Below, one piece after another: positions 1 through 9,513 of a DNA stretch of 64,000 bases (the stretch's first letter is position 1; each line of letters opens with the position of its first letter). A program made the position numbers and the translations under genes. The notes below the pieces were generated by a model. The model was not told the origin of the DNA. It worked only from the letters and a program-made list of their open reading frames with translations, and searched no databases. The stretch lies in NCBI GenBank assembly GCA_946999645.1, contig CAMQDS010000006.1:21883-85882 (forward strand). The letters run 5' to 3'. The stretch comes from an uncultured Bacteroidales bacterium. GTDB lineage: Bacteria > Bacteroidota > Bacteroidia > Bacteroidales > UBA932.

Positions 1-602
1 TTGTATTTGGTATTATCGCCATCTTCCTTTATGTCGGTGTTGAAGTAGGTATTCCAAACTTTGCTAATCTCTATATGACCTCATCTTCAGCAGGTATCAG
101 TGCAACTGTTGCAGGTACTATCGTAGGAATGTATTGGTTCCTAATGCTTTGTGGTCGTCTTGCCGGTGGCGCTTTTGGAGGAAAAATTTCAAGCAGACAG
201 ATGATTACTTTTGTAGGAAGTCTTGCAATAATATTCTTGTTGCTCGGTATTTTCCTTGGTGATTCCAAAACTGTATTATTCCCAGCGATTACTTCAGAAT
301 TGAAATTCTCTTTGAAGGCTATTCCTATCGGAGTAATGTTCTTCATTCTCTGTGGTCTTTGTACTTCTGTAATGTGGGGCGCTATTTTCAATCTTGCTGT
401 AGAAGGACTTGGAAAATATACTTCAGTTGCATCAGGTTTGTTTATGATTATGGTATGCGGTGGAGGCCTTCTCCCGTTGCTTCAAGGTAAGGTTGCCGAT
501 ATTTCAGGTTACCTTCCAAGTTATTGGGTGGTAGTTGTAGCCGTATTATATATAGTATGGTTTGCCCTAATTGGTTCCAAGCCTACTAAAACACTTAAAT
601 AA
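1..602 (+). CDS. MFS-type sugar:H+ symporter (glucose/galactose or fucose permease-like), C-terminal part; the 5' end lies outside the window
   Basis: The ORF is open from position 3 in the same frame as the 75..602 track ORF. The translation VFGIIAIFLYVGVEVGIPNF... has repeated hydrophobic helices typical of GluP/FucP-family MFS C-terminal halves. It is immediately followed by a ROK sugar kinase. Confidence 0.7.
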   Translation, partial: VFGIIAIFLYVGVEVGIPNFANLYMTSSSAGISATVAGTIVGMYWFLMLCGRLAGGAFGGKISSRQMITFVGSLAIIFLLLGIFLGDSKTVLFPAITSELKFSLKAIPIGVMFFILCGLCTSVMWGAIFNLAVEGLGKYTSVASGLFMIMVCGGGLLPLLQGKVADISGYLPSYWVVVVAVLYIVWFALIGSKPTKTLK

Positions 603-608
603 AATATA

Positions 609-1568
609 ATGTTACAGGATCTTGTTATTGGTATAGACATAGGTGGACAGACCACAAAGTGTGGTGTCGTAGATGCAAGGGGTACAGTTCTTTCTCAGAC
701 AGTGATTAGAACAGATACTCACACGGAAGTTGAAAATTTTATTCCAGAACTTGCAGATGCTTTAAATAGAATTATAACTGAATCTAAAGCAGACGGCTTG
801 ATAAGAGGAATAGGTGTAGGAGCTCCTAACGGAAACTATTACACTGGAGATATTGAAAACGCAGTAAATATTTCTTGGGGTGGAGGAAAGACAATACACT
901 TCTCAAAAATATTGTCAGAGGCAATGGATGGTATTCCTGTGTCACTGACAAATGATGCAAATGCTGCCGCTATGGGAGAAATGACTTATGGTGCTGCCAG
1001 AGGTATGAAAAATTTTATAATGATTACCCTTGGAACAGGAGTTGGAAGCGGAATAATAGTTAATGGCGAAGTTGTGTATGGCCATGATGGCTTTGCAGGA
1101 GAACTTGGTCACACCTGTGCTGTACGTAATAACGGTCGTTACTGTAATTGTGGCAAAACAGGCTGTTTGGAAACTTATTGTTCTGCTACAGGCGTTGCTC
1201 GAACAGCACGTGAATGGCTTGATATGAGCGATACTCCTTCTTCTCTAAGAAGTCTTGACAGGATTACATCCAAGGATGTATATAATGCTGCAAAAGAAGG
1301 TGATAAGGTTGCATTGAAGATTTTTGAGTATACAGGAAATCTTTTAGGTCAGTCCTTCGCAGATTTTATCGCATTTAGCGCCCCTGAGGCTATTGTTCTT
1401 TTCGGTGGTCTTGCAAGGGCAAAGGATTTCTTGAGAGAACCAATAGAGAAGTCTATGAACGCAAACGTACTTCCTTTGTGGAAAAATAAAGTGAAGATCG
1501 TTTTCTCTCAGTTGAAAGAATCTGATGCGGCTATTCTTGGAGCATCAGCATTGGCTTGGGAGTTATAA
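609..1568 (+). CDS. ROK-family sugar kinase (glucokinase / N-acetylglucosamine kinase-like)
   Basis: N-terminal IGIDIGGQTTKCG ATPase motif. ROK zinc motif CNCGKTGCLETYCS. Starts 7 nt after the transporter gene. Confidence 0.85.
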   Translation: MLQDLVIGIDIGGQTTKCGVVDARGTVLSQTVIRTDTHTEVENFIPELADALNRIITESKADGLIRGIGVGAPNGNYYTGDIENAVNISWGGGKTIHFSKILSEAMDGIPVSLTNDANAAAMGEMTYGAARGMKNFIMITLGTGVGSGIIVNGEVVYGHDGFAGELGHTCAVRNNGRYCNCGKTGCLETYCSATGVARTAREWLDMSDTPSSLRSLDRITSKDVYNAAKEGDKVALKIFEYTGNLLGQSFADFIAFSAPEAIVLFGGLARAKDFLREPIEKSMNANVLPLWKNKVKIVFSQLKESDAAILGASALAWEL

Positions 1569-1586
1569 ACAATTATAAGTATTCTT

Positions 1587-1621
1587 AAAACAGCCGACTG
1601 ATATTTTCAGCCGGCTGTTTT
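1587..1621. terminator. Bidirectional rho-independent terminator between convergent genes
   Basis: The arms aaaacagccg and cggctgtttt are an inverted repeat, followed by a T-run, and sit between the ROK kinase (+) and the DUF1015 gene (-). Confidence 0.55.
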
Positions 1622-1631
1622 TTATAATGTA

Positions 1632-2873
1632 TTAATCCAATTTATGTATAGTCAGTCCTGATCGCAGTTTAGGCTCAAACCATGTGGTTTTTGGAGGCAT
1701 AATGTTACCGCTATCTGCAATATTTATTAGTTGCTCCATAGAAACTGGGTACATTGCAAAAGCCACTTTCATTTCTCCGCTATCAACTCTTTTCTGCAAC
1801 TCTTCAAGTCCTCTTATTCCTCCTACAAAATCGATTCTATTATCTGTTCTTAAATCTTTTATACCCAATATCTTATTAAGGACTAAATCTGACAGTATGG
1901 TGACATCCAAAACACCTATAGGATCGTTATCATTGAAGCGTCCTTGCTTTGCATTAAGATTATACCAAAAGCCATCCAAATACATAGAAAAATTATGCAA
2001 AGCAGTCGGCTTGTATGGTTGTCTTCCCATCTTAAATATTTCAAAATCATCGCTTAGGGCAGATATGAAACTATCTGGTTCAAGTCCGTTTAAATCCTTT
2101 ACAACCCTATTATAATCTATAATATTTAGTTGACTTTCAGGAAAACATACAGCCATGAAATAATTGTATTCTTCTTCTCCTGTATGTTTAGAATTTGCCT
2201 TTTTCTTTTCTCTGCAAATTCCAGCAGCAGCCGCTGTACGGTGATGACCATCAGCAACATAAAAACATTTTATGTCGTAAGTGAATATTGCTGTTATTCT
2301 ATCAATATCAGATTGGGAGGATATAAGCCAAAGCTTGTGTCCAAAGTTATTCTCATCAATAAAATCATATTCAGGTTCCTGAGCAATCACTTGTTTTACA
2401 ATTTGATTTATTTCCTCATTGTCCTTATACGCAAAGAATACAGGTTCTATATTGGCATTTTGGATTCTGACATGTTCCATACGGTTTTCCTCTTTTTCCT
2501 TTCGTGTCAGTTCATGCCGTTTGATATTTCCTATAGAATAGTCATTTGCATTGGCACATAGAACTATACCATACTGTGTATGTCCGTTCATTGTTTGTGC
2601 GTATACATAATAATATGGCTTTTTATCTTGTTGCAGCCACCCTTTGTCTTGCCATTTTTTAAAATTATATACTGCTTGTTGATATGATTCAGGACTGTTT
2701 TCATCAATAATCGGATCAAAATCAATTTCAGGTCTGGTAATATGTAAAATTGATTTTTCACCAGCAATGGCCTTCGCCTCTTCTGAATTGAGAACATCAT
2801 ACGGAGGTCCTGCTACTTCCATAACAAGAGTTTTAGGCGGCCTTATTGCTGCAAAAGGTCTGACTTTCACCAT
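1632..2873 (-). CDS. DUF1015-family conserved protein (commonly serC-linked in Bacteroidota)
   Basis: 413 aa with N-terminus MVKVRPFAAIRP...PPYDVL. Size and synteny (directly upstream of serC on the same strand) fit the DUF1015 family. The family name is recalled, not searched. Confidence 0.55.
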   Translation of the reverse strand: MVKVRPFAAIRPPKTLVMEVAGPPYDVLNSEEAKAIAGEKSILHITRPEIDFDPIIDENSPESYQQAVYNFKKWQDKGWLQQDKKPYYYVYAQTMNGHTQYGIVLCANANDYSIGNIKRHELTRKEKEENRMEHVRIQNANIEPVFFAYKDNEEINQIVKQVIAQEPEYDFIDENNFGHKLWLISSQSDIDRITAIFTYDIKCFYVADGHHRTAAAAGICREKKKANSKHTGEEEYNYFMAVCFPESQLNIIDYNRVVKDLNGLEPDSFISALSDDFEIFKMGRQPYKPTALHNFSMYLDGFWYNLNAKQGRFNDNDPIGVLDVTILSDLVLNKILGIKDLRTDNRIDFVGGIRGLEELQKRVDSGEMKVAFAMYPVSMEQLINIADSGNIMPPKTTWFEPKLRSGLTIHKLD

Positions 2874-2876
2874 AAT

Positions 2877-3950
2877 TTATTTATTAAATTGTTCAAACTC
2901 CTGCATACACTCAATCAGTGCAAGTACATCTTCTTTAGTGCAGGCGTTATATATTGATGCCCGAAAACCGCCCACGTAGCGGTGTCCTTTAATTCCTGAT
3001 ATTCCTTTCTGAGATGCAAATTTAAGAAAGTCATTTTCTAAATTTTCATATCCTTCCGACATGACAAAACAAACATTCATAATCGAACGGTCTTTTTTGA
3101 CAACAGTACCTTGAAAAAGAGGATTTCTATCAATCTCATTATATAGTAAAGCCGCCTTTTCTTTATTAATGGCGTGAATGGCATCTACTCCGCCCATCTC
3201 TTTAAGCCATTTAAGGGTTTCCTTCATAACGAAGATAGAAAATACAGGAGGCGTATTGTACATAGATTTATTGTCTATATGTACCCTATAATCTAACATA
3301 GTAGGAATATGTCGGCTTACCTTTCCTAAGGCATCCTTTCTTATGATAGCAAATGTACATCCTGCTGTGCCTGCATTCTTTTGCGCCCCTCCATAAATAA
3401 GGGCATACTTATTTACGTCAATTCTTCGGCTTAAAATATCTGAAGACATATCGGCAATAAGCGGAACAGGACAGTCAATATCTTCCATCAACTCAGTACC
3501 ATATATGGTGTTGTTTGTAGTAATATGCAGATAATCAATATCTTCTGGGATTTTATATCCTGTCGGAATATATGTGTAATTTTTATTTGCGGAACTTGCT
3601 ATTGTGTATGCGTTCCCTATCTCTTTTGCTTGTTCAAGTGCTTTATTTGCCCATACTCCAGTATCAAGATAGCCTGCTTTTTTGTTTAAGAAGTTCATTG
3701 CAACATACAAAAACTGCATTCTTGCTCCACCTCCTAAAAAGAGAATATCATAATTATCAGGAATGTTCAAAAGTTCTCTCCATAGCGAACGGCACTCATC
3801 CATCTCCGCTTCCCATTCTTTGGAACGATGAGATATTGAAAGCAATGAAATTCCTGTATTTTTAAAATCTTTAAGTGCGTCTATAGCCCTATCTATTGCC
3901 TGAGTAGGAACTACCGCAGGACCAGCATTGAAATTATGAACTTTTACCAT
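2877..3950 (-). CDS. serC: Phosphoserine aminotransferase
   Basis: N-terminus HNFNAGPAVVP matches the SerC signature xNFsaGPa. It has the PLP-fold aminotransferase length (357 aa) and an SHRSKEW motif. Confidence 0.85.
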   Translation of the reverse strand: MVKVHNFNAGPAVVPTQAIDRAIDALKDFKNTGISLLSISHRSKEWEAEMDECRSLWRELLNIPDNYDILFLGGGARMQFLYVAMNFLNKKAGYLDTGVWANKALEQAKEIGNAYTIASSANKNYTYIPTGYKIPEDIDYLHITTNNTIYGTELMEDIDCPVPLIADMSSDILSRRIDVNKYALIYGGAQKNAGTAGCTFAIIRKDALGKVSRHIPTMLDYRVHIDNKSMYNTPPVFSIFVMKETLKWLKEMGGVDAIHAINKEKAALLYNEIDRNPLFQGTVVKKDRSIMNVCFVMSEGYENLENDFLKFASQKGISGIKGHRYVGGFRASIYNACTKEDVLALIECMQEFEQFNK

Positions 3951-3961
3951 TTTGAGACTAA

Positions 3962-4900
3962 CTATCTATATCCCAATAAATAAGAAATTACAGCCATCCT
4001 AACGTACATGCCATTACGCGCCTGTTGAAAATAATAGGCATATTCTGTAGAATCTACATCAGTTGCAATTTCTGTAATTCTTGGCAATGGGTGTAGTATT
4101 TTCATATTCTTTCTTGCATTTGTAAGCATGTTGGCTGTAAGCCTATAAGTATCTTTTACTTTATCATAATCTTCTTTTGAAGGAAATCTCTCCTGCTGAA
4201 CCCTTGTCATATATAGAATATCACAATTATCAATATTATTTGAAAGATTACTATCCTCTCTGAACTGTATTCCCTTTTCTTTCAATAAATTAAGATACTT
4301 TTCCGGCATTTTTAATTCATCTGGAGATACAAATGTAAAATGTGGATTAAAAAACGACATAGCCTCAGAAAGGGAATGAACCGTTCTTCCATACCTCAAA
4401 TCTCCCACCATATTAATATCCAAATCATCCAATCTTCCCTGGGTCTTCATAATTGAATACATATCCAAAAGGGTCTGTGTAGGATGTTGATTTGCACCAT
4501 CTCCAGCATTAATTACAGGTACACTTGATACCTTAGATGCTATTTCTGCAGCGCCTTCTATAGGGTGTCGCATTACTATCATATCAACGTATCCAGAAAC
4601 AATCCTTATAGTATCTTCAAGTGTTTCTCCTTTGCTTACACTTGTGTTTTTTGCATCAGGAAAACCTATTACTCTTGCCCCTAACCTGTTTATTGCTGCT
4701 TCAAATGATAATCTTGTTCTTGTCGATGGTTCGAAAAACAGACAGGCTATCACTTTACCAGCAAGGAAATTCTGCTCTCTTTTTTTCTCGAACTCTCTTG
4801 CTACATCAAGAATGTGCAGAAATTCTTCCTTAGAAAAATCTCTGATTGAAATTAAACTTTTTGGCATACTTATATTATAATCTTTCATATCTACATCCAT
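3962..4900 (-). CDS. pyrB: Aspartate carbamoyltransferase catalytic subunit
   Basis: Carbamoyltransferase motifs FFEPSTRTRLSFE, HPTQ, GDLRYGRTVHS and HPLPR are present. Length is 312 aa. Confidence 0.85.
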   Translation of the reverse strand: MDVDMKDYNISMPKSLISIRDFSKEEFLHILDVAREFEKKREQNFLAGKVIACLFFEPSTRTRLSFEAAINRLGARVIGFPDAKNTSVSKGETLEDTIRIVSGYVDMIVMRHPIEGAAEIASKVSSVPVINAGDGANQHPTQTLLDMYSIMKTQGRLDDLDINMVGDLRYGRTVHSLSEAMSFFNPHFTFVSPDELKMPEKYLNLLKEKGIQFREDSNLSNNIDNCDILYMTRVQQERFPSKEDYDKVKDTYRLTANMLTNARKNMKILHPLPRITEIATDVDSTEYAYYFQQARNGMYVRMAVISYLLGYR

Positions 4901-5495
4901 TTATATTACTAATTTTTTCTAAAAATAGTAACTCTTGTGACAGTTTTACTCTTACATCCAAAATGCAACTTTCTGTAATTGCCTGACTTAAAATAGCAAT
5001 GCGCAGATCCTTTATCAACCTCATTACAGGCTCTGTGTTCATATATTCGAATAGCAGTCGGAAATCTCTACATTCCGTTTTTACTATTATCTCCGAATTG
5101 GAAATAGCGTCTGCTGAGGCTGTTTTATAGGCTCTTATAAGACCAGGAACGCCTAATTTTATACCTCCGAAATATCTGACTACAACTATCAGAATATCAC
5201 TTAATTCGTTTGAAACTATCTGCCCTAAAATAGGTCTTCCAGCAGAAGATGACGGTTCTCCATCATCATTTGCCCTGAATTTATCGCCTAGGCGTCCCAA
5301 TCTATACGCATAACAATGATGTCTTGCATCGTGATATTCTTTTTTTAGAGACTCTATAATCTCTTTTATCTCTGTTTCATTTTCAACTGGAAAAGAATGG
5401 GCTATAAACCTGCTCCCTTTGTCTTTGAACAGTCCTGTAGCAGGAGCTGAAATACTCTTGTACCTGTCTTGAATATGATTTTCATCCAACAGCAT
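4875..5495 (-). CDS. yigZ: IMPACT/YigZ family protein (UPF0029)
   Basis: KGSRFIAHSFPV and HHCYAYRLG motifs characteristic of YigZ/IMPACT. 206 aa. Overlaps the pyrB start by 26 nt. Confidence 0.75.
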   Translation of the reverse strand: MLLDENHIQDRYKSISAPATGLFKDKGSRFIAHSFPVENETEIKEIIESLKKEYHDARHHCYAYRLGRLGDKFRANDDGEPSSSAGRPILGQIVSNELSDILIVVVRYFGGIKLGVPGLIRAYKTASADAISNSEIIVKTECRDFRLLFEYMNTEPVMRLIKDLRIAILSQAITESCILDVRVKLSQELLFLEKISNINGCRYERL

Positions 5496-5584
5496 AATGG
5501 GATTTCAAAATTAGTTAAAAACAGAACATTTTGCAACGAGATAGAAATATTTTGTAACTTTGAAGACAATTTCACAATTAGATT

Positions 5585-6142
5585 ATGGTATTAAAGTATC
5601 GCATTTCATTAGCAGGCATCAAAGGTTTTGCCAGAGTATATGAGCTAAGGTCGTCAATGACCCTATATGATTTCCACAAAGTTATGAGGGATGAGATGGA
5701 ATTTCCTCGCGATCAACAGATACAATTTAAGGCTCTTGATGAAAAAGGGGCTTTGGTTGCACGTTATGCAATGTTTGATTTGGGAAACGGTACGGTAGAT
5801 GATATTACTTTGGAAAACACTTTATCTAAAGGGGTTACATCATTTATATATTTCTATGATGTGACTAATAAAAAGAGTGTTATCATAACTTTTGAAGGGG
5901 AAGTGGAAAATCCTGTATCTTCAGAATTTCCAGCTCTTATAGAATCCAAAGGACCTAATCCTATTGAATTTGAAAATGGATATGTAGCATACGAAGATCT
6001 ACCCGATGAACAAAAACATCTTCATCCAGGGCATAGTGTTGATTCTGAAGAAGATGATATTGATGAGGGGGACGATGATGAACTTGATGAAGGGGATGAC
6101 GAGGATGGTAGTGAAATTTATGACGAAGACGAGGAACTGTAA
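5585..6142 (+). CDS. Hypothetical protein with a poly-acidic C-terminal tail (possibly pRiA4b ORF3-like family)
   Basis: 185-aa ORF whose last ~45 residues are almost entirely D/E. The N-terminal pattern KYRISLAGIKGFARVYEL...TLYDFHKVMRDEMEFPRDQ recalls PRiA4_ORF3-type proteins. Confidence 0.5.
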   Translation: MVLKYRISLAGIKGFARVYELRSSMTLYDFHKVMRDEMEFPRDQQIQFKALDEKGALVARYAMFDLGNGTVDDITLENTLSKGVTSFIYFYDVTNKKSVIITFEGEVENPVSSEFPALIESKGPNPIEFENGYVAYEDLPDEQKHLHPGHSVDSEEDDIDEGDDDELDEGDDEDGSEIYDEDEEL

Positions 6143-6147
6143 TCCGA

Positions 6148-7011
6148 ATGGATAGGAGACTTATAGTTATAACGGGGCCTACTGGTGTAGGAAAAACCGA
6201 CTATAGTATAGAACTTGCATTGAAATATGGCTCTCCTATTATTTCCTGTGATTCGCGTCAAATATATAAAGAAATGACAATCGGGACGGCTGTTCCGTCT
6301 AAAGAACAGTTGTCCAAAGTCAAACACTATTTTATACAAACTCATTCAGTGTCAAATTTATATACTGCAGGACAGTATGAGATTGAGGCACTGGAAATTA
6401 TATCTAAATTATTCTCCATTGGTCACGATACTCTTATTATGGCAGGAGGTTCTGGCTTTTATATAGATGCAGTATGTAATGGCTTAGATAATATCCCATC
6501 GGCAGATGAGTCTTTACGCAAAGAATTAAATGAAAGACTTAGTAAAGAAGGGGTAGAATCGTTGAGAATGGAATTGAAAGTGTTCGACCCGCTTGCCTAT
6601 TCTCAAATAGATATTAAAAATCCTCAAAGAGTACTTAGGGCCCTTGAAGTGTGCATACTTTCGGGCAGACCCTTTTCTTCGTATAAACTTGCAAAAGGGA
6701 AAAAAAGAGATTTTACCATTGAAAAAATATGTCTAACACGTCCGCGAGAAGAACTCTATTCAATGATAAATAAAAGAGTTCTGAATATGATTGACAGTGG
6801 ATTGGTAGATGAAGTACGTTCCCTTTCTGAGTTTAGAGATCTTCCAGCACTTAATACCGTAGGTTACAAGGAAGTATTTGAAATGTTAGATGGAAAAATA
6901 TCTCTTGATGAAACTGTAAATAAGATTCAATCATCTACAAGAAAATATGCAAAAAAACAGATTACTTGGTGGAGACGTGACCCTGAGGTAAAATGGCTGC
7001 AATTAACATAA
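6148..7011 (+). CDS. miaA: tRNA dimethylallyltransferase
   Basis: P-loop LIVITGPTGVGKTD followed by SCDSRQIYKEMTIGTA, the MiaA signature. Confidence 0.9.
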   Translation: MDRRLIVITGPTGVGKTDYSIELALKYGSPIISCDSRQIYKEMTIGTAVPSKEQLSKVKHYFIQTHSVSNLYTAGQYEIEALEIISKLFSIGHDTLIMAGGSGFYIDAVCNGLDNIPSADESLRKELNERLSKEGVESLRMELKVFDPLAYSQIDIKNPQRVLRALEVCILSGRPFSSYKLAKGKKRDFTIEKICLTRPREELYSMINKRVLNMIDSGLVDEVRSLSEFRDLPALNTVGYKEVFEMLDGKISLDETVNKIQSSTRKYAKKQITWWRRDPEVKWLQLT

Positions 7012-7016
7012 AATCA

Positions 7017-9230
7017 TTAATTTGCCACTTCGCATAAAAACTTTATACGCACCAATCTTATTTCCATTTCTTCGTAATCTGGTCCCATGGTTTTAACGGC
7101 TTCATCAATAGAGTCAGAAGTGGATTCCTCACGGAAATATGTATAAATATCATTCACTACGTCCATTGCGATATTAGCATTTATATAGTAGTCGAGATTT
7201 AACTTTGTTCCAGACTTTACAATATCCTCAATTTCAGACATAAGGTCATCCAATTCCATGTCTTTTGACGAGGCAATCTCTTCAAGATCCATTTTTCTAT
7301 CTATACATTGAATGATATATATCTTATTGGTGGATTTTGTAGCAATTGATTTTATCACAAAATCATCCGGTTTGGAAATATCGTTTTCTTCAACATATTT
7401 GCCAATCAACTCAATAAATTCGCTTCCATATTTTTTTGCTTTTCCTTCACCGACACCTTGACAATTTTTTAAATCTTCAAAAGAAGTAGGATACAGGATT
7501 GACATATCTTCAAGAGAAACATCCCCGAATATTACCCATGGTTGCAACCGCAACTTTTTCGCTACATCTCTTCTTAAGTCTTTAAGCATGGATAGCAGAA
7601 CCTGATCTCCTCCTCCACCGCCTTTTGTAGCAGCACCCGTGGACATAATATCATCATCGTCATCCTCCTCCGTAGTGTCTGAAAAAGAACGTTCCTCCGT
7701 AATCATAATTCTATAGGGAGACTGTAAAAATTCTAAACCTTCTTTTGTAGGCGAAATAAGTCCGTATGTATCGATCTCCTTATCTAACAGTTTACGTATT
7801 ATTCCTTGCCTGATTACCGCACTCCAGAATTTTACCCCATGTGCAGAACCTGCTCCAAATAGTTCAAGTTCATCATGTTTATAAGATTGTATCAGAGCGT
7901 TTGTCTCGCCAGCAAGAATATTCGCAATGTGCTCTATTTTAAAATGTTCTGGGAGCGAATTTATCAGTTTTATTACCAGGCACATTTCTTTTCGTCCGTC
8001 AAATCTTGACTTCGGATGAAGGCAATTATCGCAGGCTCCGCAGTTGTCCTTATCATAAGTCTCACCAAAATAATCGAGTAGAAGTTTTCTTCGACATTCG
8101 TTGGATTCTGCATAAGCGGCTGTTTCAAGAAGCAACTGTTTGCCTATTTCTTGTTCAGATACCGGTTTCCCTTGCATAAACTTTTCAAGTTTCCGAATAT
8201 CTTTGTAACTATAATAAGTAATACAAATTCCCTCCTTACCATCCCTACCTGCTCGTCCTGTCTCCTGGTAATACCCTTCAATACTCTTAGGAATATCATA
8301 ATGGATAACGAATCGGACATCTGGCTTATCGATACCCATTCCAAAAGCAATGGTAGCAACGATAACATCTGCTTCTTCCATCAAAAACTTATCCTGATTC
8401 TCAGCTCTTGTTTTGGCATCTAATCCAGCATGATAAGGAAGAGCTTTTATTCCATTAATTACCAGAATCTGTGCAAGTTCTTCCACCTTTTTACGGCTAA
8501 GGCAATATATAATCCCCGACTTTCCTGGATTTTGCTTTATGAATTTAATAATATCCTTTTCGGGGGCTTCCTTATCCCTTACTTCATAATAAAGATTAGG
8601 TCTGTTAAACGAAGACTTAAATACTTCAGCGTCTTGTATTCCAAGATTTTTCTGTATATCACTCTGTACCTTCGGAGTTGCAGTTGCCGTAAGAGCTATT
8701 ATAGGTGCTTTCCCTATTTCTTCTGCAAGAGCGCGTATTTTTCTGTATTCTGGTCTGAAATCATGTCCCCATTCGGAAATACAATGGGCTTCATCAACTG
8801 CATAGAAAGAAATCTTAAGACCTTTGAGCAGAACTATGTTCTCTTCTTTTTGTAGGGATTCTGGAGCGACATAAATAAGTTTTGTTGTCCCTGATATGAG
8901 GTCATCCCGTACTTCTGAGAGTTGAGCCTTATTGAGTGAGGAATTGAGAAAATGTGCTATCCCTTCATTTTCAGCAGAAAATCCTCTTATGGCATCCACT
9001 TGATTTTTCATTAAGGCAATCAGAGGAGAAATTACAATGGCAGTCCCTTCCATAAGTAGGGCAGGCAACTGATAACACAACGATTTGCCAGCACCCGTTG
9101 GCATAATGACAAAGGTGTCTTTCCCATTAAGTAGATTTGTTATAATCTTCTCCTGATCCCCTTTAAAGGAATCATACCCAAAGAACTCTTTAAGTTTCTT
9201 TTTTAATGAATACGACTTAGTGACGGACAT
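7017..9230 (-). CDS. recQ: ATP-dependent DNA helicase RecQ
   Basis: DEAH box DEAHCISEWGHDFRPEY, a helicase C domain, a zinc-binding cysteine cluster (CGACDNC) and an HRDC-like C-terminus. 737 aa. Confidence 0.9.
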   Translation of the reverse strand: MSVTKSYSLKKKLKEFFGYDSFKGDQEKIITNLLNGKDTFVIMPTGAGKSLCYQLPALLMEGTAIVISPLIALMKNQVDAIRGFSAENEGIAHFLNSSLNKAQLSEVRDDLISGTTKLIYVAPESLQKEENIVLLKGLKISFYAVDEAHCISEWGHDFRPEYRKIRALAEEIGKAPIIALTATATPKVQSDIQKNLGIQDAEVFKSSFNRPNLYYEVRDKEAPEKDIIKFIKQNPGKSGIIYCLSRKKVEELAQILVINGIKALPYHAGLDAKTRAENQDKFLMEEADVIVATIAFGMGIDKPDVRFVIHYDIPKSIEGYYQETGRAGRDGKEGICITYYSYKDIRKLEKFMQGKPVSEQEIGKQLLLETAAYAESNECRRKLLLDYFGETYDKDNCGACDNCLHPKSRFDGRKEMCLVIKLINSLPEHFKIEHIANILAGETNALIQSYKHDELELFGAGSAHGVKFWSAVIRQGIIRKLLDKEIDTYGLISPTKEGLEFLQSPYRIMITEERSFSDTTEEDDDDDIMSTGAATKGGGGGDQVLLSMLKDLRRDVAKKLRLQPWVIFGDVSLEDMSILYPTSFEDLKNCQGVGEGKAKKYGSEFIELIGKYVEENDISKPDDFVIKSIATKSTNKIYIIQCIDRKMDLEEIASSKDMELDDLMSEIEDIVKSGTKLNLDYYINANIAMDVVNDIYTYFREESTSDSIDEAVKTMGPDYEEMEIRLVRIKFLCEVAN

Positions 9231-9389
9231 GTCAGTTTTAAGTTATTTCTTAAAATAATAATAAGGAAATGACCATTCGTTATATAAAGATACAATAATT
9301 TTTTGTGTAACCAATATAATTCATGCTTATACTGGCAAATAATAGCTTTATGAACAAAGTTGCATTTAAAAACTAAATACAAGAAATAC

Positions 9390-9470
9390 AAGTTTTACCA
9401 ATAAAATATAAGGATTAATAAAGTTTTACCAATAAATAACTATAGTATTTAAAAGGATTACTAATAAATA
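9390..9470 (+). repeat. Imperfect direct repeats in the susC upstream region
   Basis: AAGTTTTACCAATAAA occurs at 9390-9405 and again at 9421-9436. Each copy is followed by AAGGATTA(c)TAATAAA. This lies in the 283-bp AT-rich intergenic region between divergent recQ and susC-like genes. Confidence 0.5.
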
Positions 9471-9513
9471 GGGATAGTCTGCCCACAAACATTTCTGTAA
9501 CTTCGCGGATTAT

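Noticed and set aside
8144-8855. Several 74-141 aa ORFs on both strands inside recQ
   Set aside because: They are internal to a confidently identified 737-aa helicase gene and have low-complexity products, so they are shadow ORFs.
9231-9513. Possible tRNA or small RNA in the 283-bp recQ/susC intergenic region
   Set aside because: The sequence is extremely AT-rich. It lacks GC-rich stems, a T-loop GTTC motif or a CCA-adjacent acceptor structure. It is better explained as a promoter/operator region with direct repeats.
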